From: Betaproteobacteria bacterium LSUCC0117
GTDB taxonomy: Bacteria; Pseudomonadota; Gammaproteobacteria; Burkholderiales; Burkholderiaceae_C
Assembly (NCBI GenBank): GCA_030441535.1
Contig: JAUJFZ010000006.1
Location: forward strand, 6,456-38,455
Length of the DNA: 32,000 nt
Direction: 5' to 3'
In this document: piece by piece, positions 10,113-19,211 of the stretch
Layout: every line of letters begins with the position of its first letter
Position numbering within the stretch: position 1 is the stretch's first letter
The notes under the pieces: generated by a model
Told to the model about the DNA's origin: nothing
The model's input: the letters and a program-made list of their open reading frames with translations, nothing else
Databases searched by the model: none
Position numbers and translations under genes: made by a program

Positions 10113-10550
10113 ATGGAGACCTTTATGATCCGACGCTTCGCCCAATTCCTATCCGCCGTCGCGGTAGTCCTACTCGCTGCGGGATGCAGCATGACCAACC
10201 CGCTCGCCAGCAAAGATCAAGTGGTCTTTCAAGTCAGCTCAGACGATGCAAAAACGTGGAATTTGGCGCTTAACAACGCGAAAAACGTTCAGTCTGCCAA
10301 GGGCACGGCTGCAGAGGTCGAAATCGTGGTTTACGGCCCAGGCATTGGTATGTTGAAAGCCGATGCTGTCGTCGCTAACCGGGTCTCAGAAGCGGTTAAA
10401 AGCGGCGTGAAGGTTGTCGCCTGCCAAAACACCATGCGCGGGCAAAAACTGACGCCTGCTGACATGAACGCCGATATCGGATATGTGCCAGCTGGCGTGA
10501 TCGAACTCATGGCCAAGCAGCAGGCGGGCTGGAGCTATATTCGTCCCTAA
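10113..10550 (+). CDS. DsrE/DsrF-like family protein (COG1416-type), probable lipoprotein
   Basis: Lipobox LLAAGCS, then VVFQVSSDD...WNLALNNAKNV...VEIVVYGPGIGMLK...VVACQNTMRGQK...GYVPAGVIELMAKQQAGWSYIRP, which matches my memory of the family pattern. Confidence 0.65.
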   Translation: METFMIRRFAQFLSAVAVVLLAAGCSMTNPLASKDQVVFQVSSDDAKTWNLALNNAKNVQSAKGTAAEVEIVVYGPGIGMLKADAVVANRVSEAVKSGVKVVACQNTMRGQKLTPADMNADIGYVPAGVIELMAKQQAGWSYIRP

Positions 10551-10843
10551 TGACCGCTATGCACGACGACTTTGCCAGCTTTGAGGCCGCTGCTAAGCGC
10601 GGCGGGTACACCGAGGTCATCGCCAAAGATTGGGAGCCCTCTCTCGTACTCGAGCGCCATACCCATCCCTACGATGTTGATGCGCTGCTCGTCAGCGGCA
10701 ATTTAGCGCTAGAAATCGATGGAGAAACGCGACACTTAGTCGCGGGCGACGCGTTCCAGCTGGCGGCCAATGTGCCGCACAGCGAGGTATACGGCCCCAC
10801 CGGTGCCACCTTGTGGGTTGCCAGGCGACACCTCACAGCGTGA
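10550..10843 (+). CDS. Cupin-domain protein
   Basis: 97 aa. HTHPYDVDALLVSGNLALEIDGE...AGDAFQLAANVPHSE corresponds to cupin motifs 1 and 2. The start overlaps the upstream stop (TAATG). Confidence 0.7.
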   Translation: MTAMHDDFASFEAAAKRGGYTEVIAKDWEPSLVLERHTHPYDVDALLVSGNLALEIDGETRHLVAGDAFQLAANVPHSEVYGPTGATLWVARRHLTA

Positions 10844-10855
10844 GCCATCAAACGG

Positions 10856-11632
10856 TCACCATTTAGGTGGCCGTTTATCGATGAAGGCCTGCACACCTTC
10901 GAGTGCGCTGTCGTCCATCATGTTGCATGCCATCGTGGTGGCGGCATCGCTGTAGGCTTCGCCCATTGTCTTTTCTAACTGGCGGTAGAAGAGCGCCTTA
11001 CCCATTTGTAAGGCGACACGCGGCTTTTGTATGATCTGTTGGACCAGGGCCCCGGTCGCTTCGTCAAGCGCTTCGGGCTCGACAGCCCGGTTAACCAACC
11101 CTTTTGTGACGGCCTCTTCAGCAGAGATAAAGGCGCCCGTCGCGAGCATCTCAAACGCCGCTTTACGTCCCAAATTGCGCGTCAATGCGACGCTCGGTGT
11201 GGCACAGAACAGCCCGAGGTTAACGCCGCTGACTGCAAATTGCGCCGACGTGCTGGCCACTGCCAAATCACATTGCGCAACCAATTGACAGCCTGCTGCC
11301 GTCGCCAAACCATGTACCTTTGCAATCACTGGTACGGGCAGCGCTTGAAGCCCCATCATCACTTGGCTGCACCGCGCAAAGAGGGCGGCGTAATAGGCGT
11401 CGGAGGGCTGGGCCCGCATTTCCTTCAGATCGTGCCCCGCACAGAACGCTTTTCCGTTGGCCTGGATGACAACCACACGCAGCGCGTCGTTTTGGTTGAG
11501 CGCCGTGATCGCAGCCGTCAGCGCATCCAGAAGGTCTTCACTCATGGCGTTGAACGCATCGGGGCGGTTCAGCGTCAGCGTCGCAACACCGCGCTTGTCG
11601 ATATCTACTAGGAGTGGGGCGGCTGAAGTCAT
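10856..11632 (-). CDS. Enoyl-CoA hydratase/isomerase (crotonase) family protein
   Basis: 258 aa. ...TLNRPDAFNAMS..., FCAGHDLKEM, VIAKVHGLATAAGCQLVAQCDLAVAS are the crotonase-fold oxyanion-hole signatures. Confidence 0.85.
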   Translation of the reverse strand: MTSAAPLLVDIDKRGVATLTLNRPDAFNAMSEDLLDALTAAITALNQNDALRVVVIQANGKAFCAGHDLKEMRAQPSDAYYAALFARCSQVMMGLQALPVPVIAKVHGLATAAGCQLVAQCDLAVASTSAQFAVSGVNLGLFCATPSVALTRNLGRKAAFEMLATGAFISAEEAVTKGLVNRAVEPEALDEATGALVQQIIQKPRVALQMGKALFYRQLEKTMGEAYSDAATTMACNMMDDSALEGVQAFIDKRPPKW

Positions 11633-11652
11633 GCGGCACCTTTCATGCGTTT

Positions 11653-13293
11653 TTAGATTGACTGTTTAGCGCGTTCGCGCAACTGAAATTTTTGAATCTT
11701 GCCCGTTGATGTTTTAGGAATGGCCTCAAATCGAATGCCCCTCGGCACCTTATAGCTCGCCAATTTAGTGCGGCAGTGCGCAATTAAATCAGCGACGGTA
11801 ACGTTGCTATCGGCTTTTAATTCCACAAAAGCGAGCGGTGTCTCACCCCACTTGGTATCCGGCTTTGCAACCACGGCACAGGCCATAACGTCCGGATGGC
11901 TGTAGAGCGCGTCTTCGACCTCGATTGAGCTGATGTTTTCACCGCCGGAGATGATGATATCTTTGCTCCGATCTTTGATCTTCACGTACCGGTCTTGATC
12001 CATCACAGCCAGGTCGCCCGTATGGAACCAACCGCCCGCGAAAGCCGCTTCCGTGGCGTTCGGGTTCTTGAGGTAGCCCTTCATCACGATATTGCCTTTG
12101 AACATGATTTCGCCCATGGTCTCGCCATCTGCCGGGCAGACCGCCATGGTCTCTGGGTCCATCACGGCCATGCCCTCTTGCAACACATAGCGCACCCCTT
12201 GGCGACCATTCAGGCGGAACTGCTCGGCCAATGGTTCAGACGCCCAGGAGGGCCGCTTCACCGCGACACAGGCAGGCCCATACACTTCTGTCAGTCCATA
12301 CACGTGCGTGATGTCAAAACCAATCTTGGCCATGCCTTCGATCATTGCCGCCGGTGGCGCGGCGCCAGCGACCATGCCGCGCACAGACCAATCGATGCCA
12401 TCGCGCCACGCATCGGGGGCGTTATAAATTTGGCTTTGTACGATCGGCGCAGCGCAATAGTGGTCGGCGCGGTGGGCGCGAATATTCGCCAAAATGTGCT
12501 CACCATCCACGCGACGAAGGCAGATATGCGTACCGGCTTGCATCGCAACTGTCCACGGAAAACACCACCCGTTGCAGTGGAACATGGGCAAGGTCCACAG
12601 GTAGCGGGGAAAGTGGGGCATTTGCCACGTGGTGACATTACTCACGGCGTTCAAGTACGCGCCTCGGTGGTGGGTGACAACCCCCTTCGGGTCGCCGGTG
12701 GTGCCGCTGGTGTAGCTGACAGCGATCGCATCCCACTCATTAGCGGGCCCCTTCAATTCGCCCACGGGGTCGTGCGCAGCCAACCAAGACTCGTACGTGT
12801 CGGTGCCAATCAGCTCGCTGGGGCCCGTGTACTCAGCGTCCGCCACATCGATGACCAATGGGTGGCGGCCATGCGTCTCCGCCAAGATGTTCAAAGCGGC
12901 TCGCATCGTGCTCGAAAACTCGGTGTCGGTGATCACGACTTTGGCTTCGCAATGATTCATCTGCCAAGCTAACAATGACGAGTCCAGGCGTGTGTTTAGC
13001 GTGTTGAGAACTGCATTGATAGCCGGGACCGCGTAATGCACCTCGACCATCTCAGGGGTGTTGGGCAGCATGACGCTGACGGTATCACCCCGTTGAACAC
13101 CAGCGCTTTGTAACGCGGCTGCAAGGCGTGCGGAGCGGTTGCGGGTTTCAAGCCAGGTGTAGCGACGCTGTCCATGAATGACTGCGGGGAGATCGCCAAA
13201 AATTTCTGCGGTCCGTTCCACAAAGCTAACGGGCGACAGGGCTACAAAGTTGGCAACGTTGGTGTCTAGATTTTGGTCGTAAATAGAGGTCAT
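11653..13293 (-). CDS. AMP-forming acyl-CoA synthetase (medium-chain/DmdB-like subfamily)
   Basis: AMP-binding motif YTSGTTGDPKGV, plus GWFHTGDLAV and KDRSKDIIISGGENIS. Start placed at ATG 13293 (MTSIYDQNL...), 4 nt past the metY stop. The track's 35-codon 5' extension overlaps metY. Confidence 0.85.
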   Translation of the reverse strand: MTSIYDQNLDTNVANFVALSPVSFVERTAEIFGDLPAVIHGQRRYTWLETRNRSARLAAALQSAGVQRGDTVSVMLPNTPEMVEVHYAVPAINAVLNTLNTRLDSSLLAWQMNHCEAKVVITDTEFSSTMRAALNILAETHGRHPLVIDVADAEYTGPSELIGTDTYESWLAAHDPVGELKGPANEWDAIAVSYTSGTTGDPKGVVTHHRGAYLNAVSNVTTWQMPHFPRYLWTLPMFHCNGWCFPWTVAMQAGTHICLRRVDGEHILANIRAHRADHYCAAPIVQSQIYNAPDAWRDGIDWSVRGMVAGAAPPAAMIEGMAKIGFDITHVYGLTEVYGPACVAVKRPSWASEPLAEQFRLNGRQGVRYVLQEGMAVMDPETMAVCPADGETMGEIMFKGNIVMKGYLKNPNATEAAFAGGWFHTGDLAVMDQDRYVKIKDRSKDIIISGGENISSIEVEDALYSHPDVMACAVVAKPDTKWGETPLAFVELKADSNVTVADLIAHCRTKLASYKVPRGIRFEAIPKTSTGKIQKFQLRERAKQSI

Positions 13294-13297
13294 GGTG

Positions 13298-14584
13298 TTA
13301 TGCCGTGTTCGCGGAGCTGAGCGCTTGATCAATATCCCACAAAATGTCATCGATGTGCTCGAGACCGACCGATATGCGCACCATATCAGGGTGCACACCC
13401 GCGGCGATTTGTTGCGCTTCGTCCAGTTGTCGGTGCGTTGTGCTTGCGGGATGACTGATTAAGGTGCGGGTGTCACCAATGTTGACCAGATGGCTCATCA
13501 TCTGCGCAGCCTCGATAAATCGCACCCCCGCCGACAGGCCGCCCTTTACACCGAAGGCCAACAAGCCGGATGCACCCGACATCTGGGCGCGCAGCAGCGC
13601 GTGTTGCGGGTGCGAGGGGAGGCCGGGATAGTTGACATAGGCCACGCGTGGGTCGCTTTCAAGGAACGCCGCAACGGCGAGCGCATTCTCATTGTGTTTC
13701 TCCATGCGTAACGGCAGCGTCTCCACGCCCTGCAGTATTTGCCACGCACTGGTCGGGCTTAACGCGGCGCCAAAAACGCGCAACGACTCCATGCGGCAGC
13801 GCATGGTGAAACCGAAGTCACCAAAGGTTTCATAGAACCTCACACCGTGGTAGCCGGGGGAGGGCTCGGTCATACCGGGGAATTTGCCGTTATCCCACGG
13901 AAACCGGCCGCTCTCAACAACGACACCGCCCAACGTCGTACCGTGACCGCCCAAATATTTGGTCGCTGAATGCACCAAAATATCGGCCCCAAATTGGATC
14001 GGATTGCATAAATACGGGGAGGGCACCGTGTTGTCGATCACCAACGGTAAGCCGTGCGCGTGGGCAACATCGGCGATGGCCGCGATGTCGAGCACGACCA
14101 GACTGGGGTTACCCAAGCTCTCAGCGTAAATCGCCCGGGTATTTGGCCTGATGGCGGCGGCAAACGCATCCGCGCTGGTGGCGTCCACAAAGGTGGTCTC
14201 AATCCCAAACTTTTGAAGGCTCACGGCCAGCATGGTGACCGACCCGCCATACAACGCACCCGCCGCGACAACGTGGTCGCCAGACTGCAGGATGGTCATG
14301 AGAGCCATGGCCTCGGCAGACATACCTGAGGCGCTGGCCACGGCAGCTCGGCCGCCCTCGAGTGCGGCGACCCGTTCCTCCAACACGGCTACGGTGGGGT
14401 TGCTCAAGCGCGAATAGACGTTGCCAAACGTTTGCAAGTTGAACAGCGAGGCCGCGTGCTCCGCACTGTCGAACACGAAACTGGTCGTTTGGTAGATCGG
14501 GAGGGCACGCGCGCCGGTGGCACTGTCTGGAATCTGTCCCGCGTGAATGGCGAGGGTGGCGGGCTTAAAAATGTGATCAGTCAT
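13298..14584 (-). CDS. metY: O-acetylhomoserine aminocarboxypropyltransferase (sulfhydrylase), PLP-dependent
   Basis: Cys/Met-metabolism PLP family: TLAIHAGQ..., YSRLSNPT, and the PLP-lysine region VHSATKYLGGHG. Start set at ATG 14584 (MTDHIFKPATLAIHAG); the track extension overlaps the upstream gene. Confidence 0.85.
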   Translation of the reverse strand: MTDHIFKPATLAIHAGQIPDSATGARALPIYQTTSFVFDSAEHAASLFNLQTFGNVYSRLSNPTVAVLEERVAALEGGRAAVASASGMSAEAMALMTILQSGDHVVAAGALYGGSVTMLAVSLQKFGIETTFVDATSADAFAAAIRPNTRAIYAESLGNPSLVVLDIAAIADVAHAHGLPLVIDNTVPSPYLCNPIQFGADILVHSATKYLGGHGTTLGGVVVESGRFPWDNGKFPGMTEPSPGYHGVRFYETFGDFGFTMRCRMESLRVFGAALSPTSAWQILQGVETLPLRMEKHNENALAVAAFLESDPRVAYVNYPGLPSHPQHALLRAQMSGASGLLAFGVKGGLSAGVRFIEAAQMMSHLVNIGDTRTLISHPASTTHRQLDEAQQIAAGVHPDMVRISVGLEHIDDILWDIDQALSSANTA

Positions 14585-14589
14585 GGGCT

Positions 14590-15072
14590 TTAATCGGGAC
14601 GCAGGGCACGTTTTGCGGAAATAACGCCGGTGTTGACGCCGACCCAATTCAGACCGCCGAACAACCGGGCATGTTCAATCTTGACGCACCGGTCTTCCAC
14701 GGCATCACGCTGCTGGGCCGTGAAAAGCAAAGAAGCGGCCTCGTTATGCACACCCAGTTGCTGCCACAGGGATTTGGCGCCAATTGCGAGGGCCTCCTCC
14801 GCGATGGGCAGTACATCGGCTGTGCGGCGAAATACGTCGACCATGTCCACGGCAAAGGGAATATCTGACAAACTGGCATAACACCGCTCACTCAAAATGC
14901 CAGCGGCGTCACCGGCGTAACGCGGGTTAACAGGCACGATCTTGTAACCATGGCTTTGCATGTACTTCGCGGCAAAGTAGCTGGGACGATTCCAGTCAGC
15001 CGACAACCCGACCACCGCGATGGTGCGGTGTTGGGTCAGGATTCGACGCAGTGCGGGGGTGTCAATGGGCAT
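14590..15072 (-). CDS. CoA-binding domain protein (YccU/YneT-like)
   Basis: 160 aa. TIAVVGLSADWNRPSYFAAKYMQSHGYKIVPVNP is the typical CoA_binding_2 N-terminus. Confidence 0.7.
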   Translation of the reverse strand: MPIDTPALRRILTQHRTIAVVGLSADWNRPSYFAAKYMQSHGYKIVPVNPRYAGDAAGILSERCYASLSDIPFAVDMVDVFRRTADVLPIAEEALAIGAKSLWQQLGVHNEAASLLFTAQQRDAVEDRCVKIEHARLFGGLNWVGVNTGVISAKRALRPD

Positions 15073-15201
15073 GGATCGGACGCCTTCTACGTGGTTTCTG
15101 GTTGGCAGATGAACAACCGTGCGGGTCCATTCTAAGTGCAGCTAAGGCCTTAAAATAGCAGATTGCCGGCCTGTTGAGGCGCGGTGCAACCCCCTATGTC
15201 T

Positions 15202-16821
15202 ATGTCTCACCAAAAGATCCTCATCCTCGACTTCGGTTCTCAAGTTACCCAGCTGATTGCACGCCGCGTGCGCGAGGCCCACGTCTATTGCGAGGTTCAC
15301 CCTTGCGATGTATCGAGCGATTGGGTCAAAGCATTCGCTGCAGATGGGATGTTGAAGGGGGTGATTCTGTCTGGCAGTCACGCGAGCGTCTACGAGGAAT
15401 CGACGGACCGTGCGCCTGACGCCGTATTCGAGTTGGGTACCCCTGTCTTGGGCATCTGTTACGGCATGCAAACCATGGCCCAACAACTGGGCGGGAAAGT
15501 CGCGAGTGGTCAGACACGCGAGTTTGGCTACGCCGAAGTGCGCGCCCACGGGCACACGCGGTTGCTGAACGACCTTGCGGATTTCACCACCCCCGAAGGA
15601 CATGGCATGTTGAAGGTTTGGATGAGTCATGGCGACAGGGTAGTCGACATGCCGCCGGGCTTTAGTGTGATGGCATCGACCCCCAGCTGTCCGATCGCTG
15701 GCATGGCCGACGAAACCCGCGGTTACTACGCATTGCAATTTCACCCGGAAGTGACCCACACCGTGCAGGGCGCTGCCATGTTGCGTCGCTTCGTGCTGGA
15801 TATCTGTGGCACTTCACCCGACTGGATCATGGGTGACTATGTGAGTGAAGCCGTCGCACGCATCCGCGAGCAGGTGGGCGACCAAGAGGTTATTTTGGGT
15901 TTGTCTGGCGGTGTCGATTCTTCGGTCGCGGCAGCCCTGATTCACCGTGCAATTGGCGACCAACTGACCTGCGTCTTCGTTGACCACGGTCTGCTGCGTC
16001 TCAATGAGGGCGACATGGTGATGGAAATGTTTGCCGGTAAATTGCACGCCCGCGTGATCCGTGTTGATGCCTCCGAGCTATTCCTAGGGCAGTTGGCGGG
16101 CGTCGATGACCCCGAGAAAAAGCGCAAGATCATTGGCGGTCTTTTTGTCGATGTTTTCAAGTCCGAGGCGGCGAAATTAAAGGCGGGTGACGGTGGCCAC
16201 AAAGGCGCGACCTTCCTCGCCCAAGGCACGATATATCCGGACGTTATCGAAAGCGGTGGGGCAAAGAGCAAAAAAGCCGTCACCATCAAGAGCCACCACA
16301 ACGTGGGCGGCCTACCTGAACAACTGGGGTTGCAGTTGCTTGAGCCGCTACGGGACCTGTTCAAGGACGAAGTCCGAGAGCTAGGTGTGGCGCTGGGCTT
16401 ACCGCACGACATGGTGTACCGCCACCCATTCCCAGGCCCCGGACTGGGCGTACGCATCTTGGGTGAAGTCAAAAAGGAATATGCAGACTTGCTGCGTCAA
16501 GCCGATGCCATCTTCATTGAGGAATTACGCAATTTCCGAGATGAAGCAACGGGTAAAACTTGGTACGAGCTGACCAGTCAAGCCTTCACCGTCTTCTTAC
16601 CCGTCAAAAGCGTTGGCGTTATGGGGGATGGTCGTACCTATGAGTACGTCGTTGCCTTGCGCGCGGTGCAAACCAACGATTTCATGACCGCCGATTGGGC
16701 CGAGTTGCCCTACGCGCTACTCAAGAAGACTTCGGGCCGCATCATCAACGAAGTGCGCGGTATCAACCGCGTGACGTACGACGTGTCGAGTAAACCGCCA
16801 GCGACGATTGAGTGGGAGTAG
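15202..16821 (+). CDS. guaA: GMP synthase (glutamine-hydrolysing)
   Basis: GATase domain ([27 protein letters not shown]), ATP-PPase P-loop LSGGVDSS, and dimerisation-domain end ...[13 protein letters not shown] 15202 gives 539 aa; ATG 15196 and GTG 15184 are alternatives. Its last 15 nt form the left island repeat. Confidence 0.97.
   Translation: MSHQKILILDFGSQVTQLIARRVREAHVYCEVHPCDVSSDWVKAFAADGMLKGVILSGSHASVYEESTDRAPDAVFELGTPVLGICYGMQTMAQQLGGKVASGQTREFGYAEVRAHGHTRLLNDLADFTTPEGHGMLKVWMSHGDRVVDMPPGFSVMASTPSCPIAGMADETRGYYALQFHPEVTHTVQGAAMLRRFVLDICGTSPDWIMGDYVSEAVARIREQVGDQEVILGLSGGVDSSVAAALIHRAIGDQLTCVFVDHGLLRLNEGDMVMEMFAGKLHARVIRVDASELFLGQLAGVDDPEKKRKIIGGLFVDVFKSEAAKLKAGDGGHKGATFLAQGTIYPDVIESGGAKSKKAVTIKSHHNVGGLPEQLGLQLLEPLRDLFKDEVRELGVALGLPHDMVYRHPFPGPGLGVRILGEVKKEYADLLRQADAIFIEELRNFRDEATGKTWYELTSQAFTVFLPVKSVGVMGDGRTYEYVVALRAVQTNDFMTADWAELPYALLKKTSGRIINEVRGINRVTYDVSSKPPATIEWE
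16807..16821 (+). repeat. attL core (left copy of the direct repeat; functional end of guaA)
   Basis: ATTGAGTGGGAGTAG encodes IEWE-stop. It matches 27977..27991 at 14 of 15 positions. Confidence 0.85.
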
Positions 16822-16833
16822 TTTTTATAATCT

Positions 16834-16951
16834 AAGTTGTTGATTTATAAGGGTTTTGTAGTTACACAAAACTTTCACAAATCAAATAAGTTGTTGATTT
16901 TATTAGGCGTTGAAATTACAGTTACACGTAAAGCTACACAAAACTGTAGCT
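16834..16951 (+). repeat. Left-arm repeat cluster (candidate integrase/RDF arm sites)
   Basis: Perfect 13-bp direct repeat AAGTTGTTGATTT at 16834-16846 and 16888-16900. AGTTACACAAAAC at 16860-16872, GTTACACG at 16921-16928, AGCTACACAAAAC at 16932-16944. Inverted repeats GTTTTGT-N6-ACAAAAC (16853-16872) and AGCTACA-N6-TGTAGCT (16932-16951). The same motif classes recur at the right end. Confidence 0.7.
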
Positions 16952-16981
16952 ATTCAAAATCGTAAGTAACTTCAACGCCAT

Positions 16982-18283
16982 ATGCCTCTCAAAAAACAGC
17001 CACACGAATCCAATGAGATAGCCATATACGACGAAGCCTTAATTTACCAAAGAGGTGAATATTGGCAGATGCGTATGTGGTTGGCTAAGGAAAAGAAGTA
17101 CGCACGTTTTAGTCTGCGTACGAGAAATAGAGACACAGCAGAGGCTAAAGCTAAGAAGCATTACCACGAGCTAATGGCACAGCAATTAGCGGGTAAAACC
17201 TACTTCTCTATGACAGCCAAGCAAGCTGTTGAAGAATTCATTAAGCAACGCACTAAAGATATGGAAGCGGGCTTAATCGTTAAGGGTAGGCTTGGCACAA
17301 TCAAAACACACTTAGAGCATTGGCTTAAGTTCATAGGCAAAGACACTAAAGTTAAGGAAATGGAACGCACAGACTGCGAAAACTATTTCCACAACCGCAC
17401 AAAGAACAAGAAGAAGTTGCCCGTTAGTAGAACCACTGTGCTTAATGAGCAGAGTAGCATCAACGCAATGATGAGTTGGCTACACAAACGTGGCGAAAGT
17501 TATATCGAGGCTTTTGAGTTTAAGAAGTTAGGAAAGATTGACACTGGCGACGAACGCACAAGGCGTAATACCTTTACGGACGAGGAAATCGTTGCCATAA
17601 AGTCCGAGCTTGAGAAATACATAAAGGAAGCCAAAGAAGATTTAAGCTTGTACGGCAACCTAAACAAAGTCGTCACAAGCTATTACTTGCTGATATCAAT
17701 CATAACTGGACTGCGTAGGGGAGAACAGTTACAGCTAACTTGGAGTGACATTAGTTGGATTGAGAAGCAAGTAAAGAGCGAAAGCAATGAGGACGAAGAA
17801 GGCGAGACATACAGCTTAGTTAAGATAACTGTTAGGGGTAAAACATCCAAAGTAGGTAAGACAAGAAACTTTGTAGTTAAGGATTGGGAGTACTTTGACG
17901 AACTGTTTAAATTCCTACATCCACGCTACATAAAGGCACACAAAGGTGAAAAGAACGCAACACCATTCGGTAAGACGTTAATCTTTAGTGTAGATGGTAA
18001 GACACCTCTAACGCCTCGTGTAATCCTTTACCACTTTGATGAAATACTCACACGCTGTGAAATTGATGGTGGTGATGAGCGAGATTTAGTGCCATACAGC
18101 TTTCGTCACTACTTCATCACAGATATGATTAACAAGGGTGCTTCTCCAACGCAAGTGGCTGAGACTTGTGGAACAAGTACGGCACAGATTGAGAAAACCT
18201 ACTACCACACTACAGAGCGTAAGATGATTGAAAACGCTCTGCCACAGTTCTACTACAAAGACGGATTGCTAATTCCTAAGTAA
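16982..18283 (+). CDS. int: Tyrosine-type site-specific integrase
   Basis: 433 aa. Catalytic signatures TGLRRGEQLQLTW (Arg I), VRGKTSK (beta-hairpin Lys), YSFRHYFITDM (Arg II-His), GTSTAQIEKTYYH (Tyr nucleophile). There is a long N-terminal arm/core-binding region. The gene lies next to attL. Confidence 0.9.
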   Translation: MPLKKQPHESNEIAIYDEALIYQRGEYWQMRMWLAKEKKYARFSLRTRNRDTAEAKAKKHYHELMAQQLAGKTYFSMTAKQAVEEFIKQRTKDMEAGLIVKGRLGTIKTHLEHWLKFIGKDTKVKEMERTDCENYFHNRTKNKKKLPVSRTTVLNEQSSINAMMSWLHKRGESYIEAFEFKKLGKIDTGDERTRRNTFTDEEIVAIKSELEKYIKEAKEDLSLYGNLNKVVTSYYLLISIITGLRRGEQLQLTWSDISWIEKQVKSESNEDEEGETYSLVKITVRGKTSKVGKTRNFVVKDWEYFDELFKFLHPRYIKAHKGEKNATPFGKTLIFSVDGKTPLTPRVILYHFDEILTRCEIDGGDERDLVPYSFRHYFITDMINKGASPTQVAETCGTSTAQIEKTYYHTTERKMIENALPQFYYKDGLLIPK

Positions 18284-18296
18284 TGGAGAAATGACT

Positions 18297-18599
18297 ATGA
18301 AATATAAACAGCCTACAGTTGGTGATAACAAAGTTGTTTATAAAGGAAAGCGATACTGGATTATTGAGTTAAGTGGCAAAGACAAAATCGAAGGCTTTGG
18401 TTCTGATTTCTGCCAGTACATAATGTACGACAAGCTCTACGAAGGAATACTTGCGACAATCGTAAGAGATGATAAGGGAACACTGACAGCTTCTTTAATG
18501 TCACATGTCGAGCTAAGTTATGACTTTCAAGATATGAAAGAGCTTATACGGTCAGTTCCTCTACATGCTGATGCTTACTACAAAGCTTGTGGAGGGTAG
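18297..18599 (+). CDS. Hypothetical protein (about 100 aa)
   Basis: ORF directly after int with island-type codon usage. GGAG at 18285-18288 is better spaced for ATG 18297 than for ATG 18291. No motif recognised. Confidence 0.55.
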   Translation: MKYKQPTVGDNKVVYKGKRYWIIELSGKDKIEGFGSDFCQYIMYDKLYEGILATIVRDDKGTLTASLMSHVELSYDFQDMKELIRSVPLHADAYYKACGG

Positions 18600-18727
18600 G
18601 CAGAGGGTATAGGTAAAAAATCACCAACCCAAAAGCGTAAGTACTCCACCTAAAAAAACTGCGTAGCAATTTTTAAGGGTAGTAAAACCATTTTTGCTAT
18701 GCCTGTCGTCACCACGAACCAGATTTT

Positions 18728-19138
18728 TTATACGCCATTATCACCGCCAAAAGTGTGCGATTTAACGCCGGAAGACGCATTATTGAGGCGAGACACGGCT
18801 CCATTGTAGGGCTGAGATAGGTTCTGCTGACTTGTGGGTAATGCTGAATTAGGCTGTGACGTAGGTTGGGGGTTGGTGGCTTTCGGCTTGGGCTTAAGTG
18901 GGGGTTGGGGTGAGGGTTGCTTGGGCTTAGGTGGGGGTGGTGGAGTGGGTGGCTTTTTTATAGCCTTACCCATATCAGCCTTACGCTTACGTGGCTTGAG
19001 TTTGGCGTTAGCCTTACGCTGTGCTTCGGATCGCTTCTGTTCTTCCGCTTGCTTTGCGATAGCCGCCCAAGTGTTGTCAATAATCGTACGCAATAAGCCA
19101 AGCTGTGCTTCCGCATCCGCAAACTCAAAGAACCTCAT
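18728..19138 (-). CDS. Hypothetical protein with a basic, extremely proline-rich centre
   Basis: 136 aa. Strong SD AAGGAG 6 nt before the ATG. A plausibly folded N-terminus (MRFFEFADAEAQLGLLRTIIDNTWAAIAKQAEEQ) is followed by KKPPTPPPPPKPKQPSPQPPLKPKPK. The antisense Gly-rich ORF 18834..19235 was rejected. Confidence 0.6.
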   Translation of the reverse strand: MRFFEFADAEAQLGLLRTIIDNTWAAIAKQAEEQKRSEAQRKANAKLKPRKRKADMGKAIKKPPTPPPPPKPKQPSPQPPLKPKPKATNPQPTSQPNSALPTSQQNLSQPYNGAVSRLNNASSGVKSHTFGGDNGV

Positions 19139-19178
19139 AGTGTCTCCTTTTCTTTTATTTAGTGAGAAAAGGAAGAAT

Positions 19179-19203
19179 GGGCTGACTTACAATAAGCCAG
19201 CCC
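19179..19203 (-). terminator. Intercistronic hairpin (weak terminator/attenuator candidate)
   Basis: GGGCTG (19179-19184) / CAGCCC (19198-19203) with a 13-nt loop. On the minus strand it is followed by ATTCTTCCTTTTCT. It sits between the 145-aa and Pro-rich genes. Confidence 0.3.
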
Positions 19204-19211
19204 TTGCTCTG

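Noticed and set aside
16822-16981. A tRNA or tmRNA gene as the integration target at the island borders.
   Set aside because: No cloverleaf-like sequence occurs at either junction. The duplicated core is the coding 3' end of guaA.
18600-18727. A bidirectional terminator between the convergent 100-aa and Pro-rich genes.
   Set aside because: There is only a weak A/T-flanked 3-bp GC stem (AAAAACTGC-GTA-GCAATTTTT), which is too unstable to call.
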